Assembly: GCA_964016885.1 (NCBI GenBank)
Contig: OZ024742.1
Location: 218,054,001 to 218,118,000, forward strand
Direction of reading: 5' to 3'
DNA from: Eledone cirrhosa
Lineage: Eukaryota
Length of the DNA stretch: 64,000 bases
Position 1 is the first letter of the stretch; every line of letters starts with the position of its first letter. Under the pieces are notes generated by a model. That model was not told where the DNA came from. It did not search any database and was given only the letters and a program-made list of their open reading frames with translations. A program made the position numbers and the translations under genes. Shown here piece after piece: positions 55,792 through 64,000 of this stretch.

Positions 55792-56204
55792 ATAAGTAAG
55801 TCAAACATGTAAAATCTGGCTTCGTTTATTATAAATTCTCTGCTATATATATTTCGGTGACAGCTATTATTGGCTGACCTGTCTCTGAAGAATTTCTATA
55901 GACTTTCGACTGGGGAGTGGTATGATAACTGACCAATGGGGTACGAGCATGTCCTCTGACGCTGAAATTCATTTGTTCTAGCCCATATGATTCCAGTTCC
56001 TCGTAGGACTAACAACACACCCAGGAGCTGGACATATCGATGAATTGACAGAGTCGAACACATTTCAACAACATGTTTACCTGTTTTTGCCGCATTAATT
56101 CGTACTGCCTGTAGAGGTCACAGCCAATAATAGCTGTCACCGAAATATATATAGCAGAGAATTTATAATAAACGAAGCCAAATTTTACATGTTTGACTTA
56201 CTTA
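55792..56204 (+). mobile_element. Fold-back cassette with degenerate hammerhead at 56105-56157
   Basis: Arms 55792-55880 / 56115-56204; ctgc-CTGTAGA-ggtcacagc...gctgtcacc-GAAA-tatata-TA-gcag (A6U core change). Confidence 0.72.
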
Positions 56205-56247
56205 ATTTATTTTATTTTATATATATATATATATTAAAGAAGCGAGA

Positions 56248-56392
56248 CAGTTTTAAGTGTACATCCTCTGTTTATTACATAATCCAGTTATACGTATTTC
56301 AAAGACATCCAAATGATTGCTGATATATAATGTCTTTGAAATCCGTATAACAAAATTATATAATAAACAGAGGTTGTACACTTAAAACCGTC
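56248..56392. repeat. Inverted repeat carrying a hammerhead 3' half
   Basis: Arms ~56248-56308 / 56330-56392; minus-strand arm reads GAAA-tacgta-TA (palindromic stem III). Confidence 0.65.
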
Positions 56393-56600
56393 TTTCTTGC
56401 TTATAATATTGACACTCCGTCTAATACTTTATTGATAATAGTTTAAGGAACCTATGTCACGGAATGCTTTACGCCTATTTACTATTACAGTCTGTCGATT
56501 AATTGATCAACCAACGTTGATTATGAGATTTCTGATGATTTCAAACTAATGAAACAGTTCTAGTCCTGTAGAAGTGATTTTTATAATACAAACAGGCACA

Positions 56601-56737
<137 letters not shown>

Positions 56738-56811
56738 GCGTGATTGTTATAAGACTATGTGCTTTTGCATTTCTGTGTTTGCTTTATTTGTTCAACTATA
56801 AATGTATGTCG

Positions 56812-56865
<54 letters not shown>

Positions 56866-56890
56866 ATATATATATATATATATATATATC

Positions 56891-56984
56891 ATAAGAACAG
56901 ATTAAAGTTTAAGCAAAGAATCACTGCTTGCACCCTTAAGGGTGAAAGCAACAATTCTTTGCTTAAACATTAATCTGTTCTTAT
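56891..56984. repeat. ~95-bp imperfect palindrome between (TA)n runs
   Basis: ataagaacagattaaagtttaagcaaagaat...cacccttaagggtg...attctttgcttaaacattaatctgttcttat. Confidence 0.8.
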
Positions 56985-57308
56985 AACAAATATTTGTTCT
57001 ACGGATTTATATATATATATATATATATATATCATAAAACATGTCTATAGAATCACCAGATAAAATATATACCATTTCCTCTCCCAGTTAGCATAATTAA
57101 CCATATAAAAAATCGATTAGACCAAGCTATAAGAATAAAGGCTTCTATGAAGAAATCTCCGACAAATAACCGAAAGCAGCCCTTCGCGTCGGTTGCGACG
57201 GAGTATTTATCGAGTATTTCGACAGCGTGTATAAATCATCCAGATATATAGTCAACTAAACAGAATTAGGTGTAAAATAAACTAGGAGAAAAGTGAACAT
57301 ATTTAGTT

Positions 57309-57386
57309 ACCTCTACCATGGTTTCGTCCACATTTTAAGCTATCCGATAACATCGGACATCTAGAGCACCGGACTCTTCAGGAAGT
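57309..57386 (-). ncRNA. Type-I hammerhead ribozyme with intact core and extended stem II
   Basis: Reverse complement: acttc-CTGAAGA-gtcc...(tccgat gtt atcgga)...ggac-GAAA-ccatgg-TA-gaggt. G10.1-C11.1, palindromic ACCATGGT stem III, GUA triplet. Confidence 0.8.
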
Positions 57387-57575
57387 TAGCTCAAATTTAG
57401 ACAATAAATTTTCCAAAGTGATCGCGCCAAAATGGCTAAGAATCGTGACGTAGCAGCGGTCAGGTTAGAAAGAATGTGATTAGTTGCTTACGGCTGGTGG
57501 CCTTTTGCTAGAAAGCGCAGCACAATACAGCCAAAATTGTATCTCAACCTAACGGGAGATTATTACATATAAAGG

Positions 57576-57742
<167 letters not shown>

Positions 57743-57829
57743 TTTGCAACGGGTCACTTTGTGGCTCAATGAAGAGTTAATAAATTAAATAATCAGAGCT
57801 ATATATCATATAACATGTCTATAGAATAA

Positions 57830-57952
<123 letters not shown>

Positions 57953-58924
57953 TTATTTATATATATATAATCCTTATCGAGCCCTCTTCGGATTTTAGTC
58001 TTCACACTTATTATTACTATATGTATACCTTACTGTTTTGCCCATGGTCATCTTTGAGAAGCTAAACTTAAGCTTAAAAATGTTAAACCGGAGCATAGTC
58101 TATGAAGGACTATGATATCTCTAGTAAGGTTTCTTTTTTAAGATGGTATGGTCAGATTTGATGGAAATTTGATTGCTATTGCAAGCAACCGCACATATTT
58201 TCCTTGTTAGTTCACTCATAATTTTCGTTATTACTATAGACAGAAAACTGGATGAATATATCACTACTAACTGTAATAAAACTACACTGGGCTTGCGAAC
58301 ATCCCGTAATATCTGAAACACGCCAGTTACATAAGAAAGTGTTATCGTCTGCAGAGCGCAATGTCCGAAGTACGAAGTACGTTTGATTATTTTGGATGGA
58401 TGATTCATTTCTCATTCATATCCAACTCAATTCACTTTCAAAGTAATCACTCAGGATCCTCACATCTGATAGGTCAGAGGTTGATAAGAATAAATTATTA
58501 TCGCCAGCTTACATCACAAGAGACATGTTGCTACCACAACAGTACTTTACAAAATACTCACTATCTATGCATCATTGAAACTCAAAATAATTTTATGACT
58601 ACAATGTGAGATCTAGTTGTTTGGCACTAGCATACGTCTTCTCAACAATTGACATCTTGGTCTACAGAATAGAGAAGAGCTTCATACACTCTACTACGAG
58701 TGTAATTTCAGGAAGCTGCAACTGAAAACATCTTACAAACTCCAATGAACAGAAGCATTGTTACTTTGACTCTTGAAAAGACTGTAAAATAGTGATCGGC
58801 CTGTATTAGTTAGACGCATGATATCCGTCTAGATTAAAGACACAAATGTCAGTATTTACATGACGAAATCTCTGCTTAAAAGGCCTTTTATTATATTATA
58901 ATAGGCTTTGTGCCTAAATCTCAA

Positions 58925-59525
58925 AATCCCGCCGAGGTTAACTTTGCCTTTCATCCTTACGGGGTCGATAACATAAAGTACCAGTAATGTACTGGGTAAT
59001 TGCTGGCCTTGTGCCTAAAGTAGAAACAATTATATTATAATAGGAACAAGACGGAATGGGCACAGTTGAAATGCTTTTGATCATACATCGACTGGAGGCT
59101 ATGAAACAAGGACAACAACAAAGTATTTTATTATTAATGTACACACGAGAGCGATAGATTGGTAATAATCGGTAGAGGACAACATTCATTGCGGTATATA
59201 GTTATGGTCTTGTGCGTTCTGAATTCAAATCCCGCTGAGGTTAGCTAGGCCTTCCATCCTTACGAGGTCGATAAAATAAAGTATCAGTAACGCACTGGGG
59301 TCGAAATAATCGACTGCCCCTTCTCTTCAAATTGTTGGTCTTGTGCCAAAAGTAGGAACAATTATATTATAATATATGTAGGGTAGTGGGTTGGCAGTAT
59401 CATTAGAGCATCGGATCAAGGGCTTTAAGGCATCTAGTTATAGTCCTTTATGTTCTGAGTTCAAATCCCACCGTGGTCAATTTTCTTTCCATCCTTCCGG
59501 GTTCGATAAGATAAAGTATTAGTAA
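58925..59525 (+). mobile_element. Cluster of three tRNA-SINE copies (58925-59035, 59157-59365, 59385-59525)
   Basis: Same A/B boxes and cc.tttcatcctt.cgggg tcgataa core as the 3091 copy. Confidence 0.85.
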
Positions 59526-59975
59526 CATATGTGGAATCTTACTATAGATTTATATTTGGAGGAGGGGGTGTGTGTTAATATGATTTTTCGGTGACTGTAA
59601 CCTAACGTTTATAGTACTTATAAGCTTTTTGAGGGGCTGCTTCCTATAGTCTAGATTCTATGTTTTCTATTGGTGCACAGTGAATATTATTAACTACCTA
59701 TACTGCTTAAACTTTACAAATATCAATGATGAAATAACGACAAGATAAAGTATTAGTAACATATGTGGAATCTTACTATAGATTTATATTTGGAGGAGGG
59801 TGTGTGTGTTAATATGATTTTTCGGTGACTGTAACCTAACGTTTATAGTACTTATAAGCTTTTTGAGGGGCTGCTTCCTATAGTCTAGATTCTATGTTTT
59901 CTATTGGTGCACAGTGAATATTATTAACTACCTATACTGCTTAAACTTTACAAATATCAATGATGAAATAACGAC
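59508..59975. repeat. 234-bp tandem duplication
   Basis: 59508-59741 is repeated almost identically at 59742-59975. Confidence 0.93.
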
Positions 59976-60519
59976 ACCATTTTCTCTGAAATTAGCGTGC
60001 CGCTTCGTTGGTGTGTGTTAACAATGCTGAACTCTTGCTTTCCCCTTAATATACAGTAAATGATGATAGCATGAGGTGAAATAAATGCATTTTAATTACG
60101 GCATTTTTTTGCGGTTTACAGTAATAACATCAAGTAAGAATAAACATACATTGAGCAGCGATATAAAAGCGTATTCTACTGTTTTTATATCAATTATTCA
60201 CTAAGTATTATTAAATGCCGCAGAAATAAACTCTTTACGATGCAACAAAGAAAATATTTCTGTCACGAAACATGTATTAACTAAAATTTGTCTTGTTTTT
60301 CCTCCTCTTCAAAACCAAATAACGCTTCATCAACATTTTCAGTCATCATTGGATCGTCAACAGATTCTTAGTCCCCATTTATGACGTCACTGACATTGTC
60401 ACACCACATAAAAAATATATCTTCCGTCCTATCAAGTACATTGGAGATACCACATTTCTTATAGGAACGCACACAAGTTTTAGCGAAGGCAACCAGTTTA
60501 GGAAAGCAGTCATTCTGAA

Positions 60520-61200
60520 TTAAACCTTCTGTATGAAGACGACTTAGTTCTTATAGCCGAATCTGTGGAAAAGCTAGAGAAAAAATTCTGGTTTTGGAAA
60601 TAGAACAGAATCATAACAACTTAGAGTAAAATTGGGAAAAAACCAAAGTTTTAGTAAGTAGAAAGGAAGGCATGACTCTGAACTCACCACTCTGATCTAC
60701 CTACTCCAATTGTATAAAATTGTAGAAAATGTACACAATGTAAATCTTAAGCATACAAAATGTGTTGTGAGATAGTAGGCAGTCTAACAGAAAAGGTAGA
60801 CTTTACATGTGGCAGATGTACAAGGATGGCTGGAGGTGAGATCACCAGTGAAATAAACTTTTTCCAATCCAAGGAAGGATCTATAGAAGAGGTTGATAGC
60901 TTCTGTTACCTAGTGGAGGAGGTTGCTCCAAGAGTATAGTAACTAGAATAAGAATTGGATGGAAAAATGTCGGAAGCTACTCCCTCTGTTGACAACAAAC
61001 AGTTTATTTCTATAAACGAAAGAACGACTGTATGATTCCTTTGTGCGATGTACGATGTCGCATAGTAGTGCGACATGAGCAGGGAAATCAGAGGATATGC
61101 GAAGGATGAAGAGAAATGAAGCGTGCATATTCCGATGGCTGTGCAATATTGATGTGCGTGAACGATGAAACGTTATGGATGATGATTGCTGAATGAAGAA
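60520..61200 (+). pseudogene. Decayed RTE-type RT C-terminal fragment
   Basis: LLYEDDLVLIAESVEKLEKK, KTKVLVS, IEEVDSFCYL, TRIRIGWKKCRKLLPLLT by manual translation. Confidence 0.75.
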
Positions 61201-62543
61201 ATGGTCAAGTAATCTCCGTGGAAGGAAACTGCAATAAAAGGAAACTTGTATAGAATTGTGAGAGCTCATATACAAGTTTGATACATGGCATTAGTAATAT
61301 ATTATAAAACTGCCAGTTTCATAGACATTATTGGATAAAGTGCATATACAGAAATTGTACGTGCATCTTGTCATGCTTAATGATCAGATGAGCAGGCACA
61401 GATTTGTATAATTTGCATGCCATTACATTCATTGACAGTGTGTATTAAATAACTAAAGAACGGAAACAGCACATCTGTGAATAAAGAAGTTCCAGGATGT
61501 ATAGAATGGCTGACAAAACGAAGACGATGTAAAATAAAAGGAAAACCCCGACAAGAAAATGAAACTAAATGATTTTTTTCTTTTCTTCGACTTGTCTCCA
61601 TCTGCATCGCTTTATTAAGTTAATTTTTGGTGGGCAGCAATTGACTGCAAAAAGTTTGCCAAAAATCAGAAATCATTTGGAAAAACCTTTTTCGTAAATA
61701 ACAACGGTTTACTACAAAACATCATATACATTTCATTTCCATTCACTTTCATGTCTCATTGTTTTATACACCTAAACATCGTCAATAAGTTCATATGCGT
61801 ACATTTAGATAAAAATACAATCACAATCGCAATGGTTAGAGAATTTTTATCCTACAAGTGTGTATCTTCTGTGTTTGGGTGGCTGACTTCTCAATTCTCT
61901 AACAATAATATAAAAAATAAAGAAAATAAAGAAAATATAAAATACAAAGAAGAAAGGTAAACGGAATTTTACGAAGAAGAAAACCCCACCAACAAGAAAA
62001 CAAAAAGAGAAAATAAATTAAAATACACAAATAAATAAATAGCCGAAAGTGGAGTACTGATAGGAATGTGAGACACAAACACGCTATTGTTAGAGACGGC
62101 AATAGGGCAGCGACTAAATTTCTGACATTCTCCCCGCCCACCCAGTTCACTGTGTTACCACTCCCATCACAACATATCTCATTTGTCACATGGGGTGAAC
62201 CTACCTAGACAACAGTGAAACAACTTCACTCAACAGAGACAATTGCTGGTGGAGAAGATATTTCACTCGCCTTTTGAAGCTCCAGTGAGGCGTTTAGCTA
62301 TAAGATCGACAGCAACGCAGCAATGGCAATAACAAAACAGCTACTCATACCTCTAGTAAATAACTTTTAATAGTAATCTTCCGTCTTTCTTTTCTATAAT
62401 TAAGAAATCAATTAGAACTCTAATTGAGGGTATCTAATTTGGTAAGGCTTTCATGGTCAAATCAGATTATTTTTGCCTGATTGTATACAATTGTATCAGT
62501 GTGCGCTAGTGTATGTATGTGTGTGTTATCACAAAGTTATGAG

Positions 62544-62612
<69 letters not shown>

Positions 62613-62744
62613 GGCGTTCATATAAGACGTTTAGGGGTCCACACACTAAATAGTAAATTGGGGATCAATGAAATCATTTTGGTGTCAATATATTTTAAGC
62701 CTGAGAGAAAGAAAACAAAAAAAAAAATATACCAGTTATCTTTC

Positions 62745-63340
62745 TCTACCCACAGCAGCGGAAGTGCTAACGATCTTCGATCCGGCCACCTCAGAGTGAG
62801 AATGGTAGAGCAACAAGCAGTGAAAGTGTGTAGGACAACATGTCATCCACGGCAACAGGTTCATTCATGGCGCCTTGGACTCTCATTCCTGAGGCATCTT
62901 CTTTTCAGCCCACCTAATCGTTCTCAGGAAGAAAGATGGTGGAATACGCCCCATCGCAATATGCAAGTTTTCCGTAGGCTTGTAGCCAAAGTCATCTGCA
63001 TGTCTGTCGCATTTGAACTAGGCAAGGAACTCAGCCGTACCCCGTCCGCCTATCTATTGGCCTATATGGTGTGCGGGTCTCTGAGGATGCTCCTCATTGC
63101 GGATAAAGTCATATCATCTTCAACCGGCGTTCAACAGGGCAATCCAGTGGGCCCCCTCCTTTTTGCGCTCGGGGCAGACAACGTTGCCCAGAGCATCACG
63201 GCTCCTCATAACGTCAGGTACACGGACGATGCGATGATAGGAGGCCCCGCAGAGAGTGTCTGCCACGATCTCCGTGGTTCCCGCTCAGGCCAAATGATCA
63301 TCTCGTCCAAATCGGAGGTTGTAAACATTAATTGTTATGC
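62745..63340 (+). pseudogene. CRE-like (early-branching non-LTR) RT fragment
   Basis: LRKKDGGIRPIA (alternate frame), VFRRLVAK, SSTGVQQGNPVGPLLFAL, NVRYTDDAMIGG, SKSE. Confidence 0.72.
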
Positions 63341-64000
63341 AGACAGAGGGCTTCACATCCTCCGTCTTGGATGTGTGAATCATTATTCTATCGGATGCAA
63401 GTGAACGCTAAAGAAGTTGGAGGTAAACATTTCCTAATTACCTAATCTATCTATCTATCTGTGTTTATCCGTTTACTATTCACACACATGCCCACAATAC
63501 ACCCACGCATACACATACATTCATATATATATATATATATATATATATACAAGTGGAAGGTTAGTAAAATCGAAACTTTGGCTGTGGCCAAGCAAAACGA
63601 CCTACAATTAGCAATGAGCAACAAAGCACTCAATAAGGTAGGCCCTCAGAGCAATAAATATACGTTTAGATAGCTTGACAAATTGAAAATTGCGGCAGGC
63701 AGGCCTAGTCACACAATACCAAAAACAACGAAGAAACTAATCAGGTTAGACAACTGACCTGAACATATCGAACTATATTTTGCAATACGTCCGATAGGTT
63801 TCTATAAATCCGAAAGCATCCATCCAGCTTACGTAATATGCAAGCTTGTGGTATTCCATGATCGAGCAGAGGATTCACGTTACCAACAGGAAATTTAGCT
63901 CTATGCCTCAAGCCGGTGTGGACTGAAACACTGAACTGCTATCGTTTGTAGCCCCCAGTGTTTCACTGTCACGTATATTTCCAACAAGGGAAGTAACTCC

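Noticed and set aside
58150-58800. Possible decayed GIY-YIG (YITTNCNK-like) segment
   Set aside because: Too degenerate to support by eye.

Overview
AT-rich, microsatellite-dense animal DNA; the SINE families and (TA)n/(CA)n density suggest an octopod cephalopod (inference). No intact host gene is visible. 1.3-11.7 kb is a broken minus-strand Penelope-like element (RT plus C-terminal GIY-YIG) with a 1.4 kb inverted terminal copy. A SINE and a 5 kb L1/Tx1-type LINE sit in its (AAT)n linker, and the LINE ORF2 tail is replaced by an inverted piece of the Penelope RT. Then come a 5'-truncated Helitron (PIF1 helicase, hairpin plus CTAG end), an older Penelope RT relic, and a mariner with an in-frame catalytic deletion. 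A ~26 kb compound ACC/GAT/GGT tandem array (17.4-43.7 kb) ends in a 200-N gap. The rest is SINEs, RTE and CRE relics and microsatellites. Two signals are not explained by the ORF track. (1) Many short (TA)n-bounded fold-back cassettes from several unrelated sequence families carry complete, degenerate or half type-I hammerhead ribozymes. (2) The few unique islands inside the giant array read, in order and on one strand, like pieces of two SRCR domains, suggesting a mucin-SRCR gene shredded by triplet expansion. All structures and homologies were judged by eye; none has been computed.
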